A stretch of DNA of 64,000 nt from Octopus bimaculoides. Taxonomy: Eukaryota. The notes below the pieces were generated by a model that saw only the letters and a program-made list of their open reading frames with translations, was not told the DNA's origin and did not search any database. This document shows, piece by piece, positions 51,576 to 64,000 of this stretch; the first letter of the stretch is position 1; every line of letters begins with the position of its first letter. The stretch is from NCBI RefSeq assembly GCF_001194135.2, contig NC_068982.1, positions 9,406,353 to 9,470,352 on the forward strand, given 5' to 3'. A program made the translations under genes and the position numbers.

Positions 51576-52974
51576 TTCTTCATCACATAAATATCCTCAC
51601 CAGTTGCTTTCTGATTTATAGATAATGACCAGTCTTGTCATCTTCCTCTCTTTATTCTTTACGATATTATATATTGAGGCATGTTATTAGAATACTATAT
51701 TTAGCCTATCCAATAAAAGTGTCGTTAAAGCTGACAAGTCTTGAACGATTGTCTCAAATATGAGCTATCAAAAACGAAATTTAATATTAGCTTCTACTCT
51801 AAGAGCATAATAATGTGAAATATATAATGCGTAACAATTATGTCCTCTCTTCTGACAAGATTTTACCATTCTGTTTTGAAATTCAATATTTTCAATGACT
51901 ACACACGCAAAGAAATACAAAACATCCAGCTAATAGCAGATTCAGTTATAATTATTAGTTAACTGTTAATTACAACGTGTAATTAGAAATGTCACTCCCA
52001 CTACACTTCAGGTGACAGCTAAAATATTTTTGTTTATTTATCATTATTATTATTTTTGTTATGATTCCGGCTACCAACATCTATAACACATAACCTTCCT
52101 TTGTATCTTATTTATCGCCTAACGAACATTCTTGTACAAAATTTTATTTTCTTCCTCGGTGCACGTAGCATTAATAACCATGAAAGATAACACTAAATAT
52201 ATGTAATATTGCTGTCGTTATTACAGTTGTTGCTTAAACATGAGTTACACCTACTCAAACTAAATGATTCCAGCTCTGGAAATCCATTTTTTGTTTTCAA
52301 TTTTCAAGAATATATGGTTTTATTTTTCAAATGTCTAGGGAAATAATATGGTAGAGTCAAGAAAGATTCGGCTATAATTTTCAGCAAATCAATCTCGCCA
52401 GTTATTCCTTTAATACATAGATAATTTATACAGCTCCAAATGAGTAGGGTATTTCCCAGCTACGGCCGGAAACTTAAATGTAGCTGGTACAAGCCGTCAG
52501 TTTAGACATCAGAAAGTTTGTGAAATTCGGAAATGTGCTTAATCTTAACTCTTAGTAAAATGTCTCATTTCGGAACGGTTATTCGCAAAAGGCAATCGTT
52601 CTAGGCTCAACATAGTGGCCCGAAGTTCTCGAAATTGTAGCTAAATATCTTTTAAATCATTGTCCAGCAGCGTAAATTACGAAAAGACTCATAAATTTTA
52701 TAACTCTGGACAACCTGTGATTACTATGGTCTTGCGAGGCCGTGTTTATCCAGCATTGTCAAGGCCTCAATAATTTTAAACACTGTTGTGTGCCATCCTA
52801 GCCGACGTATTGTTAAATATCAGCAATACTAAAAAGAGTTAAAAAGAGTCTGAACTACAAAACTGGACAAGTCTAGTAATGGGGATTATTTGTAATTTGG
52901 AAATCGATATGCTTCTACTAATCCGATATTTTTCTTCTGTTGCAACGTAAGGATTGTGTGCGTGTGTGTGTGGT

Positions 52975-53165
52975 CGCTAGCCACATTCACATTCTTTATT
53001 TTCTGTCCTTGTTTCTTTCTGTGTTCCTTTCTGTGGAAGAGCGTAGGCTCGAAACAGTAAAAACACTTTCACTTCCCGAGCGGCGTTAAACTAATACATT
53101 TGTTTGTTGTCTACACCACCTGTCTTTGCCTTTTGTTTTTTGTGTTTTTTTGTGAATTTTCCTTA
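52975..53165 (+). mobile_element. Second Penelope-type end family with a degenerate hammerhead-like motif at 53028-53062
   Basis: UUU-CUGUGGA-A-GAGC(guag)GCUC-GAAA-C-a-GUA-AAA: stem II is intact but the core is non-canonical. The downstream sequence recurs at 44960-45050. Confidence 0.55.
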
Positions 53166-53366
53166 TATATATATTCTCGAACCATGATGTGTTAGGACGA
53201 CAGCCCATTGCTAATAACTGATTCTGAATGAGACGTTTGACTTACAACTAGGAGTAAAGTCATTTTCCCAATTTTGTAGCCTTCTTCATGTCTAAAACAT
53301 TGACTTGTACCAACTGCAGTCGAGTGATATACATATACACACACATACATGCATACATACGTGTGC

Positions 53367-53410
<44 letters not shown>

Positions 53411-55561
53411 TGGCACACCCTGTTTTCAAACAGTTATTCCAAAGAATACTTATTTTGTGCGGAGGTAAGAAATCGAGCAATGTATTGAATAAAATCTAAT
53501 TCTGGAACGTGACCTTCTTCTTTAATAACAGGAAACCATTAGAATAAGTAGATTATTAACAATATACTTCTTACCGATGCAATGTGGTTTCAATTTCCTG
53601 TGGACACCATTCTATATCACAACTACTGCTAATGCTCTTTTCAAATATCTGATCATTATTCTTTTATGCTTAGCGAAAATAACACCGTATTTATTAAGCT
53701 TTGGGAAATCGCATCTCTCGAGAGAATTGGTAGAACCTTACGCTGAAAACTTGAAACTTCAAATACCATGACATCGCATTACAATATCCCTTATAAAAGC
53801 GTATAATATGTCCTCCATTTACTGTTCAGTGGAGCAGCTCGTATGAAGAATAATTTAGTGGCAAAACCTAAATAAAACGGGAAATGCCATTGAAGAGGCA
53901 CTGATGCCCTTTTGTGGAATAAATGATATTTGGATAAATGCTATGAAATATCAAAAATCAATATAAACGTAACTGATACTTTCTCCATATTCATATTTAA
54001 ATAACTTGTTCACGGATTCTAGAGTGTTGAAAGGTATATGTTTTCAAAAAACCGATTTTTGCTTTGTCTAACAATAAAATCATTTTCTCACTTTAGCCAC
54101 TCAGATAAAATCTGAGCGTTACTGATCAACAACATAACAGTGAGTAATTATAAATATTATGCTGCATACTTTTGAAATTTGAACACAATTCACAGATTCC
54201 CAGTGCTACTCTAGTAGCTGATGGGTGTTTATAACACGCTGTTCATTTAGGTGATGGAGCTTTATGACAAGGTGACTCGACCTCATTGTGTGACCTTTCA
54301 GTCAAAGCTACCACACATCAATGTATCTAAACGAGATTAGTAGCTCTTGTTCATAGATATTTGAAACAAAAATCGTTGCCGATATGTGCTCATGCCTGCC
54401 GAACCGATAATTCAATGGATGCACACAGAATCGCGAAATTCTAAACAGTATTGCATCTATCACACTTAAAATAAGTTCTAGTAGCTTGGAAAAGGAATAT
54501 GCGTTTTGTTGTCTTTTGCCATAGGAGAACATTCCGTCTGTTTAGACGATGACTATTCATAACAAGCGATTCATTGAAGTAAGAGGACTATAAGACCCCC
54601 ACGGTATTTCGACCTCATTGCGTGTTTCTTGAATCATAGCTCGGATCAATGAATCTAAATGAGGGTAGTGTTTCCTGTACGTAGAAATCAATGAACAAAT
54701 CATTCACTGATGCATGCTTTGATGGTTGGTGGTTCCAATGAAGAATACGATTAAACACGACATAAATAATATACAAAACATGGTACAAGTTACCAATCCA
54801 TACCATTTTGGTAAATCGTTAAATACAGTAATCCTATTTAGCAGTGATTTTATAACTATTTTCGCAAAGATGATGAAACCTCTGTTTCACAGCCAGAGTT
54901 TGGGTCCACTGTAGCATACCGAAAAATACCTTCCGTAGTTGCCTAAAAGATTAGAATATTAAATGCACATCGAGTGACACCAGAGCGAGTCCTCTCATCC
55001 ATGGGTATGCATGCCTTCTCTCTGGAATAACGCTACATTTCTGAGTTGTCTTACGCTTTAGCTTGTAACCATCCATCGAACAGTACCATGTACCAGGTGT
55101 AACTATGGCAAGGATCGGCAGAAGTCTTGGTTGTAAAGATGCTATACTCCAGTAGAGAGGACTTAATTCCTTTGAGCATTTTTTCGTCTGTATAAGGAAG
55201 GCGAACAGTTGACAGTAGCTTCAAGAACAATGCAGCAAGAAAAATGTGTCATCTACAAACTACTAGCAATTCTACATGCCAAATATGCTCATACTCTTTC
55301 TGGGACTAATAACAAGTATAGATGTGATTCCCTCCTGCATAGCAACCTATCTAATAGAAGGTCACTTCCAACAAATACAATAGCTGTCACTCGTCGTGTG
55401 GGATTCTCTGGATGAGCTATAAGGAGTTGCTCCCGGCTGCCTTTTAAAAGCATTGCAACGTCAAAAATTGGAGAAAATATTCCTTGCAAATCATAAATTT
55501 CTGTAATGAAGGACTGTGATGGCTAGAGTCACCACTGAAAAATTCGTCTAAAGATGAATGA

Positions 55562-55562
55562 C

Positions 55563-55638
<76 letters not shown>
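55562..55638. repeat. (AAT)n array (further blocks at 56205-56277 and 57062-57140)
   Basis: Direct reading. Confidence 0.97.
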
Positions 55639-55639
<1 letters not shown>

Positions 55640-56204
55640 AGTACCAGGAAGTGGTTCTCATGGCTTCTCATCTTCACTGATTGGAACTGTTATCAAGTAC
55701 ATGTCTTGATTTAGTATTAAAAAAGTGGTACATCAAATATTCTGCTCAATACCACAGATTTGCTTGTCAGTTGTTTGACCTTAACCAGTTGAGCATGTCC
55801 CTTAGTGGCTGACAATATGTGCNNNNNNNNNNTGAGCATGTCCCTTAGTGGCTGACAATATGTGCATCTCTGATCACGAGCAGAGGTAGTGGGGGAGCAT
55901 CATAGCCATGTGTTGAGAGGAATTCTTAGGGGATTGAAAAATTCACTTCTTGAAACATACGTGTTTCGTTCAACATCCTCAAACAATCCTTATTCAAGGA
56001 CCTTTTGAGTGGGATGGATCTCAAGAAAATTCTAACTGGGACCCACCTGCTGTTTATCTTGATATGAAATCACTATGTTGCGCACATGTGGTTGTGATGC
56101 ATGTGCCTGGTGTACCCTTATCAGGCGGGTAGTCATGATGGATATACTGGGCTTCGTATATTTTCTCCCAGTGTCACTTTAATGACAGGCACCGCTCTCT
56201 CACT
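55639..56204 (+). mobile_element. Non-coding interspersed element flanked on both sides by (AAT)n
   Basis: About 560 bp of non-repetitive sequence embedded in an (AAT)n array, ending ...gctctctcactc-aataat; no ORF. Element status and orientation are inferred from the flanks. Confidence 0.45.
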
Positions 56205-56217
56205 CAATAATAATAAC

Positions 56218-56277
<60 letters not shown>

Positions 56278-56292
56278 CTGAATCTGAATCTG

Positions 56293-56649
56293 TGGAACCT
56301 GAAGACTAAAACAATACCTATTGTCATAGGTGCCCTGGGAATGACAGCGAAACGGGCTGATTACTACCTAGCTCAGATACCAGGAAACCCCAAAATGGCT
56401 GAAGTTCAAAAGATAGTGCTCATGGGAACTGCCCATATCCTACGTAAAATACTGTCTATGTGATCTCAAATTTTAAAACAAACACATAATTTTCTTATGG
56501 TTTCTTAAACATTCTCTAGAACAACACTACGTACAAATCCAAATTTATGGTACTCTAGGCATAACACCTACATGAACTTCTAACTTGTTGTCTCTTGAGG
56601 TCTCTGGGTCAGACTTGGATCCAACTTGTACAAATGCAAAGCAAAAGTC
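56293..56649 (+). mobile_element. 5'-truncated R4/Dong-like LINE: C-terminus of the REL endonuclease region plus 3' UTR
   Basis: WNLKTKTIPIVIGALGMTAKRADYYLAQIPGNPKMAEVQKIVLMGTAHILRKILSM* (stop ends at 56463) fits the R4-type C-terminal PIVIGALG...GTAHILRK signature. Begins immediately after (AAT)n. Confidence 0.82.
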
Positions 56650-57061
56650 NNNNNNNNNNNNNNNNNNNNNNNNNNNNNNNNNNNNNNNNNNNNNNNNNNN
56701 NNNNNNNNNNNNNNNNNNNNNNNNNNNNNNNNNNNNNNNNNNNNNNNNNNNNNNNNNNNNNNNNNNNNNNNNNNNNNNNNNNNNNNNNNNNNNNNNNNNN
56801 NNNNNNNNNNNNNNNNNNNNNNNNNNNNNNNNNNNNNNNNNNNNNNNNNNNNNNNNNNNNNNNNNNNNNNNNNNNNNNNNNNNNNNNNNNNNNNNNNNNN
56901 NNNNNNNNNNNNNNNNNNNNNNNNNNNNNNNNNNNNNNNNNNNNNNNNNNNNNNNNNNNNNNNNNNNNNNNNNNNNNNNNNNNNNNNNNNNNNNNNNNNN
57001 NNNNNNNNNNNNNNNNNNNNNNNNNNNNNNNNNNNNNNNNNNNNNNNNNNNNNNNNNNNNN

Positions 57062-57140
<79 letters not shown>

Positions 57141-57141
57141 G

Positions 57142-57367
57142 TGGAAGAGAGAAGAGACGGGCTATAAGTACCTGGGGATTTTGGAGATGGATCAATTGAT
57201 GGAGAAAGAAATGATACTTGCGCAGACTGAGACTGACACTTAAGTTGTAATTAAACGGACGGAATAAGATTGAATCAATCAACACCTGGGCGGTTCCATT
57301 CCTTAGATATGGAGCAGGAGTAATCGCATGGACAGCAGACGAAGTAAACAGCTTAGACAGAAAGACA
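57142..57367 (+). pseudogene. R4/Dong-like LINE RT fragment directly after (AAT)n
   Basis: EETGYKYLGILEMDQLMEKEM / (frameshift) YLRRLRLTLKL*LNGRNKIESINTWAVPFLRYGAGVIAWTADEVNSLDRKT. Confidence 0.85.
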
Positions 57368-57438
57368 TTATGCACACCCACGTCACGCCAATCGGATGAA
57401 ATTGGAGGCCTAACTTAGTTCGATTATTACACTTACGT

Positions 57439-57480
<42 letters not shown>

Positions 57481-58592
57481 GTGTATTACGCTTCAAAACT
57501 TCAGCAAGAACAAGGTCGGTGAGAATAGAATTCTTTAGAATAATGAAACAAGTTCTACTGTTATGGATCCAAGAACCTAAGTTCCGAACAAAATCGAAAA
57601 TACAGTCAGATCTTTGAGATGAAATCGAAGACAAGACCAAAATCCTGTACCGTAGGAATAATAGTATTAAGATTTGCAAGTATATTTAATGCACCAAAAT
57701 ATAAATAAGAACGTTGAGTTCCCGCGGTATCGACTAATTTAAATATTATTGTTAGGAACATTGTTAACAATAATTAGAGGATGAGTTCAGCTTGCCAAGA
57801 AATGTTCACCTTCCGCACTACTGAACACGTGTATTTTATACTCAAATGAACATACAAAAGATGGCTCTGTGTGAAAATCGATAATTCCACCATTAAAATA
57901 TTTTCATTTAGAACATTCTCTTTCTTTGTTGGAACAATTGACGGTAATACCTATCTCAATGAATTTTGGTATAGCATCCTGGAATAATATACTGTACTGA
58001 AATTTTGCCTGATTCCAATTATTTTGTTAATTACTTCAAATGTTGCTTTCATTGCATTTTAAAATATCAAGATTTGTATATTAATTCCTTTTTGTATAAA
58101 ATAGTTCTTTTGTGTTTCATTTGTAAAGACTACAAAGAATAAAAATAATTCTAATGCATTATATAATGTTTATCTTTGAGAGCCAAATCTTAAATACATA
58201 CATTGCTTTAGTCATTCTATAGCTTACCATTCGAAATCAAAAGAATATTTTTTTAAATTTCATATTTGAAAGAAAATACGGTCAATACACATAGATTTTC
58301 TGTTGAATATATGTTTTCTTGAAATAGTGGTATATAATATTAAAAGAACTGTGTTTGGTAGTTACTACATTCCTTTCTTCACTATCAGGAATTTAATATT
58401 TTAGATTTTGATTGAATGTTTTGTATGAAATAATGTTAGTTTGGCATATATTTTAAAATTCATTTCAATAAGCGCTTCATACACGTATCTTCAATTTACA
58501 TATTGTAATAGATCATTTAAATAAATTATAAACATAAATGTATTGTGTTGGCCTATAATTTAATTCGGAATCTGCTTTTAGATAGAGCTTTC

Positions 58593-58668
58593 ATTATGAC
58601 ATGAATTGATACTAGTTATGGATAAAAATCATTCTGGAAGAACGGACTGTTATATTGCACTAGGTGAC
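58593..58668 (+). repeat. 76-bp dispersed direct repeat, second copy at 60534-60609
   Basis: attatgaca.aattga.actagttatgga.aa.aatc.ttctggaagaacggactgttatattgcactaggtgac; about 5 mismatches. Confidence 0.9.
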
Positions 58669-58983
58669 CATCATGTCAGCTGTGCATGCATGTCAAGAAA
58701 CAGAAATGTAAGAGTGAAATATCCAATGTGAGGTGTTTTTTGTATAAAATATTGTACCCATGATCCTGAGCAAGCTTTGAGGGAACGGTGAGTTCAGTGC
58801 AGCTGATGCTTCGTTTAAACAACAAGTCAATTCTTGTTAGGAAGGGAAGGAAACTACAGAAAACTATCGTTTTAGGGAAGGAATGATAAGTGATTATATA
58901 GCAATATGCGTCGACCTGAGTCAGAACCAGTCATATTAGTGACCAGATGGGCAGAGAAGAGAAACATCCCGTCTGTTTTCCAG

Positions 58984-59356
58984 GAAAAGATGTCATGGTG
59001 AGTGACTCCATACGAATTTATTAGATGTAATGTTGACTATCAGCATGTTGACATCATTATTGCCATATTCTGCTGTGGGCTTTATTTACAGAAGCTGAGC
59101 GACTGTTAGAAACTGAAATATTATCTTGTTCTACAGGAAACTAGACTTTTGAAACTGTGATCAAGAACAATATTAGTCATATTTCTGAATCTCTTAATAG
59201 GTAAGTTAGCAATTTAAAAAAAGAAAACACTTACAGTATTTAAATAATCATATTTAAAAAGCAATGTATGCATCGTAATAATTTGTACAACGAAAGTTTG
59301 AAAAGTGAAACATTCAGATAGCGATTTCAGAGCAGGATTGAGAAAAAGAAGGAAAG
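58984..59356 (+). other. Candidate micro-exon cluster (58984-58997, 59137-59200, 59318-59356)
   Basis: GTGAGT/GTAAGT donors at 58788, 58998, 59201 and 59357; YAG acceptors ending at 58983, 59136, 59317 and 59430; implied introns of 196, 139, 117 and 74 bp. No open long frame. Confidence 0.3.
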
Positions 59357-59984
59357 GTGAGTATCCTCCATATTTCTGTTTTCCTTTATTGACAGACAAA
59401 GAATAAGGAGTACAGATATAATTCTTTCAGGAGATCAATACTCTGAAATGACAGTAGTCTCCCTTTTACATTAGAAGAAGAATTTTATTTATGAAAGGAA
59501 ATTGATAAAATAAGAAAGATCTAACGTAATATCTATTTTCAAGCTAATTCGACATAAATTTTCAATACACATCAAAACCACATATCATTTACGTTTACTT
59601 ACTCCTCGTTAATTAATTGGTGTCTACAGTCATTTGAGATTTTAATGGTAAAATAAAGAGATGAGATTACCTACAGCGAAGTCAGTCAGATGAAACCTGT
59701 TAAGAATTATATCTCTCAGAACATTGAGTAATTTTCAGTGTAACCTACATTTTCGCACATGAAGAAAATTAGATTTTCTTGAGGCATTTTTACAAAATAT
59801 AACCCAATGAAATATGACGCTGCTACTTTCAAACTCTGAGAAGTATCTTTCAAATCTGCTGAGCTAAAATTGAATATTTGATGAATTTATATAATTAAAC
59901 AATTAGATTACATTTTTTCAAACTTTGATGTATTCTCAAAATAGCGGCTCAGGTGTTTGGATGTAATATATAAAATGTCAGTGA

Positions 59985-60183
59985 AGGCGCGAGCTAACTG
60001 GATAGTTAGCACACTAGGAAAAATTCTTAGCGGAATTTCACCTGTTTTTACGGTCTCGATTCGAATTCTGCGAAGCCAACTTTGCCTTTATCCTTTCGGG
60101 GTCAATAAAATTAGTACCAGATTATCCCTGGAGTCGATGCAATCGACTTACCCCCTCCCCACAAATTACTGGCTTCGCGCTAA
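59985..60183 (+). mobile_element. Diverged SINE family B copy
   Basis: ggcgcgagct...gttagcac...cttagcgg.atttc...tttgcctttatcctttcggggtcaataaa...gtcgatgcaatcgacttacccc. Confidence 0.75.
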
Positions 60184-60806
60184 AGGTTATACATATGTAT
60201 GATGTATGTATGTGATTCATAAAAGTTACGTGGTGGTAATATTTTTAAAACAAAATAGATCAATATTTAATTTCATATATATTTATGTGTATATGAAGCT
60301 GATAATATATATAATTTACGATGAAAATTATTTTCAATATGATTAAAATACTGACGACTTCAAAGCAAAACATCTTATTACAGTTCGCTTGCATTTAACA
60401 TCTCTGACTGCCACTAATCCCACTCCGTTTGTTGTTTCAATTTCCCTGGACCAGCGTGACCTATGTGTAACATTGCATTTTATTATATGTAAGATAAGGT
60501 TAGTTCAGCATTAAGACAGCACTTTCGAATAAAATTATGACATAAATTGAAACTAGTTATGGAAAACAATCGTTCTGGAAGAACGGACTGTTATATTGCA
60601 CTAGGTGACAACTAAGCAGAGACGCTGTTATGGCAAGAAAGTAGAAACACTGGTTGATAATCTAGAAAACTTGAAATTGTTTCATTATACACTATCAGAC
60701 AAGTACAGAAAAGAAATACAATGACTCCAGCTCATCCCGAAAGATTTAGAAAGGAAATCTTATAAAGTGAAACAAATTCAGCAGCTTCAAACGCCAAAGT
60801 ATTATT

Positions 60807-60807
<1 letters not shown>

Positions 60808-60876
<69 letters not shown>

Positions 60877-60890
60877 TATATATATATATG
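60808..60890. repeat. (CA)n(TA)n microsatellite
   Basis: Direct reading. Confidence 0.95.
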
Positions 60891-61605
60891 TATAGAAGAC
60901 CCATAAGGTATTACATTGATAAAGTTACTGGAAAACTAATGAGAATCAAGTGAGTGCCGAAAGAGAAATGATTCTGCAAGTCTGATCTTAAAGCTGTTAA
61001 ATATATGCGCCATGTTTAGCAATACATAAAAGATGACAGTGATGTAGAATTTATTCATGTAGCAGAGTATCTTAGCAACAAAGAACGCAAAACTGATTTA
61101 AAGTTTTTATTGAATTTCCCGTTTGTTGTTCTTTCAGCTTTTTGGGGGAAGAATAATGATGAAAAGAAGAAACTGTAAAATAAAAGGATGGTGAAGATAA
61201 AATAGTTGCTTTTCAGGAGAATATTAGTATTAAAAATTAAAAATCATCGTTTCTGCTTTTACAAAATGCCTTTCTCTTATGAATGCATCAGAAGCAAGTT
61301 CTCTCTGTGCAATATATATGATTTCAAAACGAAAAAAATGCCTGCGTCTCAATAAATACGTTTTTTTCATCTCTCCTTTAAATATTTAATTTGCACATAA
61401 CCCTGCTTTCATATACTTTTCTATATGAAATTCTATATAACAAAACATTTAGTCCGTTATCTCTGTGATGTAGTAGTGTCTGTAGGTTAAGAAGTTTTGT
61501 CCCAACCACATGATTCCGGGCTCACTCCCACTGCGTGGTACAGTGTCTCGGGCTGACTAAAGCTTGGTGAGTGGATTTGGCACACTGACACGGCAATAAT
61601 TGAGA

Positions 61606-62140
<535 letters not shown>

Positions 62141-63963
62141 AGTGGTGTGTTTACGTGCACGTAACTTAGCAGTTCAGCAAGAGAGGGCGATAGAATAAGT
62201 ACCAGGCTTTAAAGAAGTGAGAACTACGGTCGATTTATTTAACTCAAAATTCTTCAAGGCGATACCCCAGCATGGCCGCAGTCTAATGACTGAAACAAGA
62301 GAAGGATTATTATGATGGAAAGTAAAAGTATTTCTTTCTCTGATGTTATACAGCATTTAGGGCTGCTACACACGGAAATTACGGAATGCTCTGTCACCAG
62401 ATAAAAAATTAATCGAAAGCTAGCAACTTCATATTAATCGAAGATGACTGCACTGCAATCACCGATGGTGATGAATATGATGACAGCTGAGAGAGGTGAC
62501 ATAAGGTAGTTGCCCTCGACGGAGAAATAAATATTGTGGAATAGTTGCAGGTGGTTGGTGGAGGTGTAGCCAGGTTGATAGAGGAACAACCTATATTTTT
62601 GAAGGAATGGAAAAGAAGACTTAGAATGAGAGTTCCTGGAAGTATTTGTTATTGACATCCTGGTGAAAGAGGTGAGTAGCATGGATACTAACATTACTGC
62701 CGCTTATTGAAATATGAATAAATACTGTAGCCTCCGTAGCAGTGACAAATTAGCATTAAAGGCTGAAAGATTTGTATTTTGGAGAAAAATACTATGTGTG
62801 ATTTGTATGTTAGTATGGGATAGAGTATGTAACGAAGGTCTCGTAGTTCATATTGGTTAGTCAGCTACCCCTTTCTGGATGTCGTCTAGGATGTCTCCAT
62901 ATGAAGCAGCTGCGTCTCAAATATTCATGTGAAACGCATTCGTGTCTCAAAGAGTTTCTGACGTGTAGAAACCTGAATATGTTTTGCTTCCAAAGAAAAC
63001 TTCATTGATATTTCGTTCGAGGAGGTTGTAATGTCTCATAAAAGCTCCTTCGTTTGCCTCCTATTATTTATTGATCATTTCTATGAGTCTGATAAATGAT
63101 GACTTGTATTCAATATGAGATGTTGATCGGATTTTTTGCATACATGCTTCTAATCTTCTGTCACTCTCCTTTTTTCGCGCTCCCTCTCCACTTTCTCTCA
63201 CTGCGACTTTTAGCCCTCGCATGGTTCTTTCAATCTCATATTTTTCTAACCTCGCCTACACACGTTGTCTTATAAACGATGCTTGTAGTTCTTAGAATAT
63301 GATAAATTACTACGGCTCTTTGTATTCTAACACAAATCAATACTCAACACATATTAGGTTTTTTCCAAAAAAGTCCATTCAATTTACGATGACATTTCAA
63401 TGAGGAATGTGCTTCGCAATTATTTCAATTATTTTATTAAAGAGGAGTAATCTTTCTTACTCGTCTTTAATAGTTTTTAGCATATATTGTGTAGCATAAG
63501 CAATTTTTCATGAGGCCTGTTTGATATTAAACAGAATATCAAGCAATTCCGATTTTAGAATGTTTTATGATTAATTAAATTTTAAAATAGTTTCCGTTTG
63601 TTATCTAAGACCTGTCATTGTTAATGAATAACATGTAAAATTCTGTTACCAAGTTCATTATTGCGTTATTAGAAATTTCTTTCAGGTTTCACGAATATTG
63701 CAATCTATAGTATGAAGCATTTTTGCATGAAAAAACAAAAGTTAGCCGAAGAAAGTCTAGAATATTGAGACTGCATTGATATTGTAAATAAAAAGAGAAA
63801 TATTATATAAATTGGAAAATGATTTATTGATCGAGAGACACACAATCACACTGAGTGTCAAAAGCTAACACAACCACAAAGATACACAAGTTCATACATA
63901 CATGTACATAAATATCTACATATGTAGATACCTACACATACACACACAAATTCACATACTCGG

Positions 63964-64000
<37 letters not shown>

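Noticed and set aside
2715-57381. Long ORFs in the track with X runs or HTHT/YIYI/CVCV/poly-N/L/I/D stretches
   Set aside because: They are read-through of N gaps and di- or trinucleotide microsatellites, with no domain content.
57410-57679. Minus-strand ORF with a signal-peptide-like start (MQILILLFL...)
   Set aside because: It runs straight into a (CA)n repeat, shows no recognisable domain or splice support, and hydrophobic starts are common by chance in AT-rich DNA.
59137-59200. Selenoprotein with in-frame UGA
   Set aside because: No similarity to a selenoprotein family I recognise, no SECIS identified, and the exon structure is unproven.
62520-62660. VVGGGVARLI resembling the LINE AP-endonuclease GGGVA motif
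   Set aside because: A single short motif with nearby stops; other endonuclease motifs are not visible.

Overview
AT-rich eukaryotic (animal) non-coding DNA with 11 assembly gaps, ten of them abutting microsatellites. The SINE families and simple-repeat density look like an octopus genome; this is inferred from repeat content, not from a search. No intact protein-coding, tRNA or rRNA gene can be supported, and the ORF track is dominated by microsatellite, N-run and repeat artefacts. The window holds many transposable elements: three tRNA-derived SINE families (about 20 copies, several with clear target-site duplications), decayed LINE fragments (three R4/Dong-like, one CR1-like, one L1/Tx1-like gag ORF1 with a CCHC knuckle) and several MITEs. 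Four structures stand out. (1) A Penelope-type minimal hammerhead-ribozyme element in two copies; the 61.6-62.1 kb copy has a tRNA-like head and a ~400-bp 5' inverted duplication and sits inside a SINE. (2) A GG-ended, 8-bp-TSD MITE in three copies carrying telomeric repeats, as a (TAACCC)n-(GGGTTA)n palindrome in two and a single arm in the third, which interrupts the gag ORF. (3) A stack of retroelements inserted in an (AAT)n array at 55.5-57.4 kb. (4) A possible micro-exon cluster at 58.8-59.4 kb.
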